A stretch of DNA of 64,000 bases from Heteronotia binoei (GCF_032191835.1 NC_083234.1:78864001-78928000), one strand, 5' to 3'. Counted from the first letter of the stretch, positions 35,801-47,223 are shown. The notes: generated from the sequence alone by a model not told the origin. A program made the numbers and translations.

Positions 35801-36052
35801 ATTGGCTGGCAAAACACAGACATGTCACCTGGGGAAGATGCTCTGACCCTACACCTCCACGAAGCAAGCCCTGATTTGCATCGCATGGTTTTGCCACCTA
35901 AACAGAGGTGCTAAACTGCAAACAGAAAATGCTAACCCAGTTGGCATTGAGGCTGCCTAAGCACCAATGCTTCAAGAAGTTTCCCAGGGCAGCTACAGCC
36001 TGAGGGTCAGAGAGCAGCCAAGGCGTGAGGTGAGTCTGGGTCACCCAGGGCT

Positions 36053-36271
36053 TTATTTATACCTGGAAGAGTAATATTCTTCTTCCAACTCATAGAGGTC
36101 AATGGAGATCTCATCACGCAGCGCGATCAGCTTCTTGTCACACTCCTCCTGCAGGCCGCGCAGCTGTTGGTTACGCTGGTTGATGGCCTCGTTGACGGAG
36201 GGGAAGTCGTTGAGGATCAGGAACTGCTTCAGGTCAGAGACGAGCTTCATAAGCGACTCCCCGGCTCGGAC
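36053..36271 (-). CDS. MED22: MED22 exon 4 (to 36063 when spliced; read-through to RYK* at 36053 gives the 140-aa short isoform)
   Basis: gagtag|[23 protein letters not shown]...EEEYYSS AG|GTATAAATAA. Confidence 0.96.
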   Translation of the reverse strand, partial: VRAGESLMKLVSDLKQFLILNDFPSVNEAINQRNQQLRGLQEECDKKLIALRDEISIDLYELEEEYYSSRYK

Positions 36272-36358
36272 CTACTCGGAACAGTCAGAAACTTAAGAAA
36301 TATAACTGCCTCTGTCCTGACAACAGAATACAATCCGAGAGAGGTCACGATAATGGAT

Positions 36359-36781
36359 AACACAACAAAAAATGCAAGCTAGTGACCAATTTACTAAGCA
36401 GTATATAGAAGTCAGTCCAAATGTCCAAAACATGTATATTCAAGTCCCAAAGTAGTGTGGTGACAAGCCAATCAATTAAGTACTTGTTTCTTTCCAGTCT
36501 TCATCAGACCTGGGACCAAGAAGCCACATACTGGGCTGTAGCCGATGTGAAATTGCTGCTGGAGACGCTCTGCGTCCCTCTTTGAAAACTGTGTAAAGAA
36601 TCTATATAACTGAATCAATACTGGTCCCAGGTCTGATGAAGACTGGAAAGAAACAAGTACTTAATCAATTGGCTTGTCACTACACTATTTTGGGACCTGA
36701 ATATACATGTTTTGGACATTTGGACCGATTTCTATATACTTCTTAGTAAATTGGTCACTAGCTTGCATTTTTTGTTGTGTT
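36359..36781. repeat. Foldback element: 160-bp inverted arms with a 103-bp spacer
   Basis: 36359-36518 versus the reverse complement of 36622-36781 shows about 8 mismatches. TCTGTCCTGA direct repeat at 36311 and 36781. Confidence 0.9.
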
Positions 36782-36817
36782 CTGTCCTGATGACAGCAGC
36801 TTTCTGTTTTGCTTTTT

Positions 36818-36987
36818 TGCCATCAAGTCACAGCTGACTTATGGCAACCCCACAGGGCTTTCAAGGCAAAGAGATGTTTGCCATTGCCTGTTTCTGCGTC
36901 GCCCCCCTGGACATACTTAGTGGCCTCCCATCCAAGAACTCACTAGGGCTGACCCTGCTTCACTTCTGAGATCTGTCCAGGGCGGGA
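36818..36987 (-). mobile_element. 5S-derived SINE (degenerate)
   Basis: Similar to 15924-16121. Confidence 0.6.
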
Positions 36988-37553
36988 TAAAGACAAAACA
37001 AACGTGTGTTGATTTATAAGCCTATCAGCAAGGAACAAGTTTTTGTGTTTTTATGGGTTTGCAAAGAGCTGCAAGCATAGATGGCTGTAGAGAAATTTTC
37101 TCTAACAATGTCTCTCACACTGACGAGCTCGTTTCCCACCTCCTCCAGCTCTGCCGGTGCTGGCAAAAGAGGTACCTCCTGAAAGCTCAGAGGGAGGGGA
37201 AGACAAGACTCTTCACTCCTGGCAGGCCCTCAAATGCCCTTCCTCGTAAGACTTGCAGAGGGCAGTGCCACTCCTTTAGGCAGGCCCCTATACTGATGTG
37301 GCAGGAGCCCACCTTTGCCTGCCTAGGTCCTGGTGCACACTCTCCTTCCCCATCTGCTGTGGAGCAGAATTAATCCCACTTGCCTCAGCAAACAGATCAG
37401 GAGGAAGAACAACAGACCCTAGAAGGAAGGGAGAGGAAATCCACGTATAGGGCTAAAGGTGGATCTGGCGCCACTAAACGAGGTTAGGAACCAACCACAA
37501 TGGGACTTGCCACCCATCATCCCCTTCCAGGGGCTCAGGCCACCCACACTCAC

Positions 37554-37634
37554 AATGTTTGCTGCTCTGACGTGCATCTCATAGTTGTCTTGCTCGCCTT
37601 GGGTTGCCCGAGACACCTGAGTTTCTTCTTCAAT
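37554..37634 (-). CDS. MED22: MED22 exon 3 (81 nt, IEEETQVSRATQGEQDNYEMHVRAANI)
   Basis: cag|ATT ... ATT|gtgagt. Confidence 0.97.
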
Positions 37635-38306
37635 CTGCAGAAGGAAGCAGAACACAGCATTCTGGGACCTTGTGAACTTTCTAAAAGGTGACTTCATTTA
37701 TTTTGTTTATACCCCATGTTTCTCCTCAAAGGGAACTCAAAGCAGCTTACATTAGTCTCCTCTCCTCTACTTTATCCTCAGAAATACCGTGTGAGGTAGG
37801 CTACAGTGACAAACCCAAGGTCACCCAACAAGCTTCCATGGCAGAGTGGGGATTCAAATCTGAGTCTCCAAGATCCTAGTCTGACACTCGAACTTCTACA
37901 TCCCACTGCCTTGCTTTTTGCTCCACAGAAGGGTTTCCATTGCAACTCAGAGGATTTAGTTTTCAGTTACACATCTTTTCTTTGCACCTGTTGCTGCTCT
38001 GCAAAGAACACAATTCGTTTGGTGTAACACCCATCAGCCAATGTCTCCCCTCCCCTGCCCCAGGTGTGCTGGAGATTTTAATGCCCCAGCTCTTTTTAAA
38101 GAGCCTAAATTTTCCTCAAGTCAGACTGGCTAGCAGTCCTGGCACTTTTTGCCATTCCTGCAGCACATGTCTCAACTCAGTGATTTGATCTGCCTGAGCT
38201 ATGTTAAAGCACTGCTGATGAAGTCAGGTCTGCAAAAACTGAGGAATGTTGGGAGGGGAAACAAAAGAAGCGACTTCTGTGGGGCTGTCTCCCCCCAAAC
38301 ACACAC

Positions 38307-38429
38307 CTTTGCAGTTTTGATGATCTCTGTGAAGTTATCCATGATGGACTTGATATCATCTTTCAGCCTTTTATTAAAGGACTGAAGAAGGGTTTCTTTA
38401 CTCTGAGGGAGGACACGTTGCTGTGACAT
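38307..38429 (-). CDS. MED22: MED22 first coding exon (123 nt; exon acceptor at 38451)
   Basis: [41 protein letters not shown]|gtgtgt. Acceptor ttgtttctag upstream. Confidence 0.97.
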
Positions 38430-38779
38430 TACAGGAAAGGAGATATTTTAGCTAGAAACAAGAGAAAAATACATTTTAGAGGGCAGGCCCATCAAGGCCT
38501 GTATTTTCCTTATGAAATTTAAAAATCTCTGTGTTGTAAAGATATTCATATCTCTACAGAGAAGATTTACTTAATTGCTTCCCTTTGATCCACCTTTCTC
38601 TCTGAGACTAAAAGCAGATTACAGGAATACACCTATATAAACTTCAGCCCCCAAACAGTCTAGAACCAAAATTCTAGAACAGAAAACCTCTTGTTCTTAA
38701 TACACTCCATTAATGAGCGTTTGTAGCATCTGTTTCCATCTTTTTGATAGCCTGTGCCATCCTAAACAGAGCCCACCAA

Positions 38780-39217
38780 AGGCTTAGAAAAAGAAGATAT
38801 TGGATTTATATCCCGCCCTATTCTCTGAATCTCAGAGCGGTTACTATCTCCCTTACCTTCCCCCTACCCTCCCAACAACAGACACCCTGTGAGGTAGATG
38901 GGGCTGAGAGAGCTCTTAAAGCAGCTGACCTTTCAAGAACAACTACAAGAGCTATGGCTGACCCAAGGCCATTTCAGCAGCTGCAAGTGGAGGAGTGGGG
39001 AATCAAACCCGGTTCTCCCAGATAAGAGAGCTATGGCTGACCCAAGGCCATTTCAGCAGCTGCAAGTGGAGGAGTGGGGAATCAAACCCAGTTCTCCCAG
39101 ATAAGAGAGCTATGGCTGACCCAAGGCCATTCCAGCAGCTGCAAGTGGAGGAGTGGGAAATCAAACCGGGTTCTCCCAGATAAGAATCCGCACACTAAAC
39201 CACTACATCAAACTGGC
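38780..39217 (-). mobile_element. Squam3/MIR-like SINE with an internal 79-bp triplication
   Basis: Units start at 38948, 39027 and 39106. Confidence 0.88.
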
Positions 39218-40681
39218 TCATTCAGAAGGGTGCCATTCACCTCAGAAGGGTGTCATTCTGTTGAGGCTTGCACTGTCCTCTCCCCACAACACATGCATTC
39301 TATATCTTTGTTCATTCTAAGCAAAAGAAGAAAACTGTAGGGAGATGCACTGAACCATGGGAACCCCCAGTGACAACAGCAGCATTTTTTTTCCAACAAA
39401 GACCAACACCTCCAAAATTCCAGCTTCACTTGAACTCCTCAGACAACTGAGCAGCGGTTGTTTCACCAACAGTCTCAAGCAGCATTTGCCACCTGGAGAC
39501 AGTGTTATAGAGGAAAAGGAAGGAGGCTGCGCCTTTTTTTGGAACCTTCAAACATTTGCCCCACTGATGTGCACATGCCCCTCTTCATACCACCCTCAAG
39601 GAAAGCAGAAACCCGACGAATAAAACGCCCAGGTTTCTCACTTCAAATAGGCCACCCCAAAGGAGCCCTGAACAAGGGGGGAGGGGAACTGGATGAGGCA
39701 GCAAAACATCCAGACTGTCCTAACCTGTTGGAAACACGCACGGCTTCCCTGACCGTTTAACAACGAGGACAAGAGCTCTCATTGCAGACTTCAGCCAGGC
39801 AATTACAAGAGGGAAATAACCTCCTTGCCTCGTCTGATGAAGTGTGCTTAAGAAACCAAGTTGGTCTTAAAGGTGCAGCCGACTCCTCTTTTGCTTAACC
39901 TCCTTGCCAGGCTTGCAACCCACAGTGGGGCGGCTGAAGGGCGCTTCAATAGCAACTCACGTGCATGAACGCCACCTCTGGGTTAAGAGACGCCGGGATA
40001 CCTGGAGGTGGAGGCCCGTTTTGGGGGGGAAGGAGAGAGACCTCCAGAGCAAACCTTTTCTCCAGGGGAACCGACTTCTGCAGTCTGGAGATCAGCGGCA
40101 ATTCCTGGGGAGCTCCAGGTCCCACCTGGAAGTTGGCAACCCTTGCAAGCAAGCTACATGTCTTCAAGAGACGCCACCTCCCCTGCAACCCCCGCCCGCC
40201 TCTTACCCCGCAGTCCGCGCATCGGGTTTACAGGAGGAGCAGAAGGCCACAGAAATAGGAAGTGACGTCTGCGGTGAGCCTTCACCGCTTCCCCCCGCCC
40301 CGGAAGAACTTGCCTTCGCTTCCGGTTTGAGTTGGCAAGTCCGTTCTGTTTATACAGAAAATGGTGGTTTGTTTTTAACAAAATTATACGTGTTATCATT
40401 TAAAAAAAAAAAAGCCTCATCCCATGATAGAGATAAAACAACGGAGACAATTCCGGAAACAAACATGCAGAACAAAGGGGTCCCTTTTAAAACCAAACGG
40501 AGTTTCATTTCAGCCAGAAGCTCCCGTGCACACTCTGAAGAGAACTGCAGAAGAGAGCAGGAGTCACGGCGCACCTTCCCGACTCGCACCGTTTTATTCA
40601 GACAGATCCAAGCGGGCAGCCGTGTCGGTCTGAAGCGGCAGAACGAAGCAAGAGCCCAGGAGCACCTTGCAGAGCGACCCC

Positions 40682-40725
40682 GTTTAAGGCTTTCGTGCGC
40701 ATGCGCGCTTCTTCAGGCGAGGCAA
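40682..40725 (-). other. Hammerhead-ribozyme-like relic of a Penelope-type repeat
   Basis: Minus strand TTGCCTCGC-CTGAAGA-A-GCGCGCATGCGCAC-GAAA-GCCTT aligns with TTGCCTCGT-CTGATGA-A-GTGTGC at 39825-39847. Confidence 0.6.
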
Positions 40726-41253
40726 TGGGCGCAGCGAGCAGAGCGACATATTCTGGATCTATCGGAATAAAACTGTTGGTCTGAAAGATGCCGCGGACTC
40801 GAACTTTGTTCTGCTGCTTCGGTGCTCCTAGACTCCGACTGTGACCCAGAATCAAAGTTTGTCTGGACGCAGACTTTGTCCTGCTGCTTCGGTCCACCAC
40901 CCATTCAAAGATGCAGTTTTAAGAAGTGATTCCTTTCATCCCTTGCTTACTAGCTGTGCTGCAAATGCTTCGGCACACCGCCACCCTCAGGCGGCAAAGG
41001 CCCAGAGACGCCCCGCCCCTTCCATATTTCCGGGGGGGCCCTGGCGGTTTTATCTCTCGCGGAGCAAAAAGACACAAGGGAGACCGAATCAAACCCGGAA
41101 GTAGGGGGCGGCAGTTAGTCTGTCCCCACCTCTATGGCCTTCTGTCGTCACTTCCCGCGCGATTTACAGCGGCACTCTCGCGGGAGTTGGCGCAGCTTGG
41201 ATTATATTACCCGGCATGCCCTGCGTCCTTCCTTTTTCCTCCCGCGAGACAAG

Positions 41254-41256
41254 ATG
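41254..41256 (+). CDS. RPL7A: RPL7A exon 1 coding part (ATG only)
   Basis: AAGATG|gtgagg directly after the 5'TOP tract. Confidence 0.92.
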
Positions 41257-41794
41257 GTGAGGGGGAGCTGCTGTCGGGTTTCATGGCGGGGCTGGGGGGG
41301 GGGGGGGACTTTCCATCCGCCGCCATCCGCCCTTTGGCCAGGAGATCGGCTGAGCTGGGCCCGCAGCCGAATCACGGGGCAGCCTGGCGCCTCCTTCGGG
41401 GTTGATATGGGGCGCTTGCGGCGCATCGTCTTGCGGGGACTGGGCCCGGTCAAGGCCTTGGGCTCCGTCGGGGATGCCTTGCAGAGTTCGCCATTGGGCG
41501 CGTTTACGTTGCACCCGGTGCTCGTGGCAGTGGCTCCGGAAGAGGAGGGGCGGCTTCGTGTGATCTGCTTTGCCGTTTGGGGCAAAGAGGCGGGGGGGGA
41601 GCTCTTAACCGGTTCCCGCTTGCAGCTGGTTTGGGGCTGCACCGGGTGGACTAAGAAGGAGACTTTCCTATCCAGAGCGACCTTCTTGTGTCCCAGTTGT
41701 GGTTGGTGTAGGTGGCTTTGGGGGCCAGAGTGGTCTATCGGTGGCCCTGTGGGGGGCTGTGAGTTCGGCAGCTCCACAGGCACACATGAAGGCA

Positions 41795-41951
41795 CCTTAT
41801 GCTGAATCAGGCTATCAAAATCAGCATTGTCTACTCAGACTGGCAGCAGCTCTCCAGGGGTTCAGGCAGAGGTCTTTTGTGAGCCCTTTTACAATTTAAA
41901 TTTTTATTGAATGTTTTTATCTTTAAACAGTGTACAACAAGTACTTTTACA

Positions 41952-42002
<51 letters not shown>

Positions 42003-42240
42003 CCTATACATAAAATCATTTTCTCTTTACATAAACAAAAAATAAAAATCACCCTGAATAAACCTTAAACTTAACAAAAAGGCCTTTTAAACTGGAGATG
42101 CTGGAGTTCTTAGAGGAATGGCATCATGAGAATGGGCTGAAGCAGAAGTTTTGTGCTGGAAAGCACCAGAAGTTTTTGCTAGAGACTGTAAGAAACGTGG
42201 GATCTTCTGCATGCCAAGCACTGAGCCACAGTCCTTTCCT
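41795..42240 (-). mobile_element. tRNA-derived SINE split by an AT-rich insertion containing (TA)n
   Basis: Two halves match 5318-5527. (TA)n at 41957-41999. Confidence 0.65.
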
Positions 42241-42984
42241 CTTCAGATGCTGAAGTTTCTTTGATTGCTCTCTTCTTCCAGAGATAGAGCCTACTTAAAA
42301 ACGTATTTCTAATCTATAGAATTAATAGCATTGCCAGATGAATTGTTATTCCCCTTAGCGCATCATGCAGTGTGATTCTGGCACTTGGTTAGAAAGTGGT
42401 TGTGCGGCATTGAAGAAGTTTAGAGTACTTTGCCTTGGATGCTGTAAATTTGTTCTGTAAATTTCATGGGAGAGGTAGCTCTGGATCTTTGTATGTATCT
42501 TTTGGGGGGCACTCCCACCATTTGTTAAGAGAAGTGTATTGTGTTTAGAAGCATCAGATAGCCACCTAGAGTGCAGTTTGAGGGGTCTTGCATACCTGCA
42601 GGGAGCTGCTGTTCATTTCAAAAGCAAAGTTATTGTGGCCAGGAAAAACTGAATACTTGTGGCTTTCCAGAGCTTTAGAGTCCTTGAGACTTTGTGAGCA
42701 TTGCAGAGTTCTCAGATTCTTCTTGCATACTGTTTAAGGTTCCGTGGTGGCTACAGATTGTTGTTGAGAAAAAGATATTCATTAACTTGCCTTGCCATAA
42801 AGATGTAATGGTCTAGGAAAAAATCCAGGATTGATTTTCTGCATGAAAGTGGGGGGATGTGGTGTGTGCAAGAGCCCATCACAAAACTGAGTTTGTGTAT
42901 GTCCCAGCTTAATGTGGGTTTATTGTGAGGTTTGGATGTGGTGTGTCTCCTCTCTAAGGTTCCGTGAATGCGGAGGTGTCTTAA

Positions 42985-43188
<204 letters not shown>

Positions 43189-43666
43189 TGATATGTTCTT
43201 CAGTAGTGGACAACTGTCATTCTTAGGGAGAGAATGTTAGGAGAACTGTTAATACAAAAATGAGGAAAAATATAGTGTCTAGCTGTTTGGGAATGTAGTT
43301 GGATTTTTTTCTATCACATCTCCTAATACTGGTTGTTTTTTTAGTGTTGTTATAAACCACCTCAAACTATGGAGGAGGCAAGGAGTGCTATGTGCAAGGT
43401 AAAATGTCCATGGAATGAACTCTGTCTCTGTTGAATATGGCACATGGTCTCCAGAACTATCTTGCCTACAATTCCAAATTCTGCAGCTTGAAATCTTGAT
43501 GGTGGCTTAAAGTGAGGTGTTTGCTTAATTCTAGGCATCTTTCCCATCTGGCTATCATGTGACAGGAGCACAGATAGTGAAGGGACGGGGAAATGCCAGG
43601 GGAGATCAACTGTAGAAAAATGTTTGTTTTCAGCTAGCCCAGAGTTGCTGAAAGGGCAGAAGGCTG

Positions 43667-43744
43667 CAAGCAAATGATGCAAATGAATATTTGCTATCTG
43701 AGTGATGTTGCTGACAAGATATCCACCAAGATCGCTGATGCTTG
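43667..43744 (+). ncRNA. SNORD24: Box C/D snoRNA U24 (SNORD24), RPL7A intron 2
   Basis: C box ATGATG at 43674; guide TGAATATTTGCTA + D' CTGA; guide CCACCAAGATC + D CTGA at 43735; terminal stem CAAGCA/TGCTTG. Confidence 0.93.
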
Positions 43745-43772
43745 TGCCCCCTTTGCCCTGAATGGAGCCTGA

Positions 43773-44081
<309 letters not shown>

Positions 44082-44562
44082 TAAGTGCAATTTTAAAGTA
44101 GCTTTGTAGTTGGAAAGGTGAAACATGGGTGACTGGGGGTGGTATTGATGAAATACTGTCAATAGCTCAGGCAGCTGACTCCCCATACTGGATTTGGGCC
44201 TGTTGCAAAGGGTTATGAAAAAAGGCAGGCTCACCTTTAGTGGACTTTGTGTGGCTTGTGCCTTTGGGCTGGGTCATGACTCTTAGGACTTGCTGTTCCT
44301 ACTGGAGGGTTCCTGGTGCAACCCCAGCTGATAGCCAGGATACACAAGGGTGACCAGCACCTTTGAGAGTGGGGTGTTGGGGGGGGGGGGAGGTGTTTAG
44401 AAGGTAAGTCATGGAGTATTGACTTGTGAGTGGAACTTGATCAGAGTTTGCTGCTGTTGGTCAGAAGTTAGAGACTTGAAAAAAAAATCATCTTTAGCAA
44501 GATGCAGATGAAAAGCTAGTGGAAGTCAGGCCTATCCCAAAAAAGAGAGGAGCTTTCCTTAA

Positions 44563-44639
44563 TGTGCAAATGATGCTAGCAAATATTTGCTATCTGAGCT
44601 TTTTTGATGACTCCCAACCACCAAGATCGCTGATGCACA
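44563..44639 (+). ncRNA. SNORD24: Second U24 (SNORD24) copy, RPL7A intron 3
   Basis: C box ATGATG at 44570; AATATTTGCTA + CTGA; ACCACCAAGATC + CTGA at 44630; stem TGTGCA/TGCACA. Confidence 0.92.
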
Positions 44640-44717
44640 AAGATCTCTCTTTTGGGGGGAGGGGGGGTGCAGTGATGCATGGATTTTCTTTTAACAGAAT
44701 CTGTGCTCTTTTAACAG

Positions 44718-44858
44718 CTACTCAGCTTCTAAAGTTGGCCCACAAGTACAGGCCTGAGACCAAGCAAGAGAAGAAACAGCGGCTGCTTGCTCGGGCAGAG
44801 CAGAAAGCTGCAGGAAAGGGAGATGTCCCTACCAAGAGGCCCCCAGTGCTGAGAGCAG
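44718..44858 (+). CDS. RPL7A: RPL7A exon 4 (141 nt)
   Basis: taacag|[48 protein letters not shown]|gtaatg. Confidence 0.98.
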
Positions 44859-44964
44859 GTAATGTCCTGGAATCTACATGCTGAAGCCTGAGTGACCAGG
44901 AAGAAGGGTCAATCGGGTGTGTGCATTTTCCTCAGAAGAGTATTGAAGGCTGAACAACAGGCTA

Positions 44965-45040
44965 TTGCTGTGATGCATGAATTTCTTCACCTGAACTGCA
45001 GACTGAAGAGCAAAAACACGAGCTTTTTAACACTGAGCTT
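44965..45040 (+). ncRNA. SNORD36: Box C/D snoRNA U36 (SNORD36), RPL7A intron 4
   Basis: C box GTGATG at 44970; TGAATTTCTTCAC + D' CTGA; ACGAGCTTTTTAAC + D CTGA at 45033; flanking stem. Confidence 0.9.
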
Positions 45041-45220
45041 TAGCAGGTTGTTTCTGTCCTGTTTTTATTGTTCCCAGCAAGAGTTTGATGGCTGGGTGTT
45101 GTGCATTAATATCTCTCGGATTTAGGGGCCAGCTTGCTGTACCTTCCTATGGAAAGTGAACTCTGAATTTTTGCTTGAAAAAAGATGTGGTCCCCTCTGC
45201 TAAATTGATTCATTTTGCAG

Positions 45221-45300
45221 GTGTGAATACAGTCACTACCCTGGTGGAGAACAAGAAAGCCCAGCTGGTGGTGATCGCACATGATGTTGACCCCATTGAG
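45221..45300 (+). CDS. RPL7A: RPL7A exon 5 (80 nt)
   Basis: ttgcag|[26 protein letters not shown]|gtaaga. Confidence 0.98.
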
Positions 45301-45612
45301 GTAAGAGGCTTGCTCGGAGTTTGGAGCCCTTTGCCTCAAGCGTTCAGAACTTTGCTACTGGATAAGAGCAGCTGAGCAGTGTTCTGTAATGAAAAATACA
45401 TATTGCCATATATACATGGCATGTTTCTCACAACAGAAAATAGAGAGGCTTTCCCATCTTCCCTGCTATATAACCCTTAGAACAGTGGCTTCCTGAATGG
45501 TTCTTTGCAGAAGTATTGAGTGGGTGTGTGCAGGATTGGTTGACTACTGGGTTATGTCCACAGCAAAAATTAAAAGCAGTTACCAGTGGAGGGATTCTTA
45601 CATGCTATAATT

Positions 45613-45748
45613 CAGGGGTAGCCAATGGTAGCTCTCCAGATGTTTTTTTGCCTACAACTCCCATCAGCCCCAGCCAGCATGGCCAATGCTAGGGCTGATG
45701 GAAGTTGTAGGCAAAAAACATCTGGAGAGCTACCGTTGGCCACCCCTG
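45613..45748. mobile_element. 136-bp palindromic hAT MITE, TSD CTATAATT
   Basis: CAGGGGTAGCCAA...TTGGCCACCCCTG, nearly fully self-complementary. TSD at 45605-45612 and 45749-45756. Confidence 0.92.
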
Positions 45749-45761
45749 CTATAATTGCTTG

Positions 45762-46051
45762 GCAGGAGCCCCGTGGCACAGAGTGGTAAGCTGCACTACT
45801 GCAGTCCAAGCTCTGCTTATGACCTGAGTTCAATCCCGGCAGAAGGTGGGTTCAGGTAGTCAGCTCAAGGTTGACTCAGCCTTCCATCCTTCCATGGTTG
45901 GTCAAGTGAGGACCCAGATTGCAAGGGGTAAAGTGCAGATGACTGGGGAAGGCAATGGCAAAACCACCCTGTAAAAAGTCTGCTGTGAAAACGTCATGAT
46001 GTGACATCACCCGAGTCGAAAATGACTGGTGCTTGCACCTTTACCTTTTTT
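45762..46051 (+). mobile_element. Sauria-type SINE (tRNA head, RTE-like tail), TSD TAATTGCTTG
   Basis: GGAGCCCCGTGGC..GAGTTCAATCC..GGTTGACTCAGCCTTCCATCC..GGAAGGCAATGGCAAAACCACC..ACCTTTACCTT. TSD at 45752-45761 and 46052-46061. Confidence 0.85.
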
Positions 46052-46911
46052 TAATTGCTTGAAGAAGTTTCTCTTTTTGCCCTAATATAGAGTGTTGTGG
46101 GAGAAAAAAGTTCTTGTCCACTCTTTACTTCAAAGGTGCCAGACTGTTTAGCCTTTCCTCATAGGAAAATTGTTCCAGCTGCCTTTGATCTTCTTGGTTG
46201 CCTTGCCTGGACGTTTTAAAGCCCTGCAACATCTTTTTTTAGGTATAGCATTCAAAGTTGTGCCCTGACCTGGATGCCCAGGCTAGCCTGATTGGTCAGA
46301 TCTTGGAAGGGTTGACCTTAAAAGTCCAAGGTTGCTGTGCAGAGGCAGTCAGTGACAAACAACCTCGGAACAGCTCTTCCTTTGAAACCCCTGTGGGGGT
46401 TGCCGTGTCTTTAGCTGTTTGATGGCACTTCCCATCACCGCATTCCAAACATGGCTGCACCGTAGATCCATACAAAGTCATTATAGTACTGGCTGTTTTA
46501 GTTTTACTTCCTAGCGCATGACGTTTACCTTCTTTGCTATTGTTGCACATTAACTTGAGATTTTCACTGAACTGTTCGTCAGTTCAAACTCTGTTGCCGT
46601 ATTTAACATTAGGGGTTTTTGTTTTTTTGTTACAACGCACATCACATTGAACTTGCCTTGTTGCTGCCCACTCCCCAAGTTTGTAGCTATCACTTGTAGC
46701 TCTTCTGAGTTCATTTTGGTCTTCAAGATCCTAATTTTAGTATCATCAGCAAATTAGCCACTACTTTTCTCACACATCCCCATGATAAATCATTTACAAA
46801 CCAGCTAAGTAGCACTGCGGTGAGTGGAAGTCCATCAGTGACTTCTTGGCATTCCCCTTGATCCTTTTTTACATGTGCTGCCTTCCAGTACTTACAAAGC
46901 AGGGTGTGGCT

Positions 46912-46992
46912 ATTGCAATGATGTTTGAATTTCTTCACCTGAAAAATACCCATGAAGAGCAAAATGATACGAGCTTTTTAACCCTGAGCAGT
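46912..46992 (+). ncRNA. SNORD36: Box C/D snoRNA U36 (SNORD36), RPL7A intron 5
   Basis: C box ATGATG at 46918; TTGAATTTCTTCAC + D' CTGA; TACGAGCTTTTTAAC + D CTGA at 46984; flanking stem. Confidence 0.92.
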
Positions 46993-47064
46993 GGCCTACC
47001 CAAAAAGAAATTGGCGTGCTTGTTGCAAAGACCTTAAACCATTGCCTCCTCCATGTCTTAGTAA

Positions 47065-47223
<159 letters not shown>

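Larger units (their letters stand above)
40200..41256. promoter_or_regulatory. MED22/RPL7A divergent CpG-island promoter region
   Basis: Minus-strand donor G|GTAAGA at 40207/40206 (candidate MED22 exon 1 end). GGAAGTGACGTC at 40258-40269, TGCGCATGCGCG at 40696-40707, CCGGAAGT at about 41095, and TCTCGCG motifs. Polypyrimidine TCT/5'TOP initiator CCTTCCTTTTTCC at about 41227-41239. Confidence 0.8.

Noticed and set aside
41134-41805. ORFs of 197-223 aa in RPL7A intron 1
   Set aside because: GC-rich island ORFs with low-complexity translations and no known motifs.
42290-42900. Possible degenerate retroelement coding sequence in RPL7A intron 1
   Set aside because: No RT or endonuclease motif could be read convincingly, so it is left unannotated.
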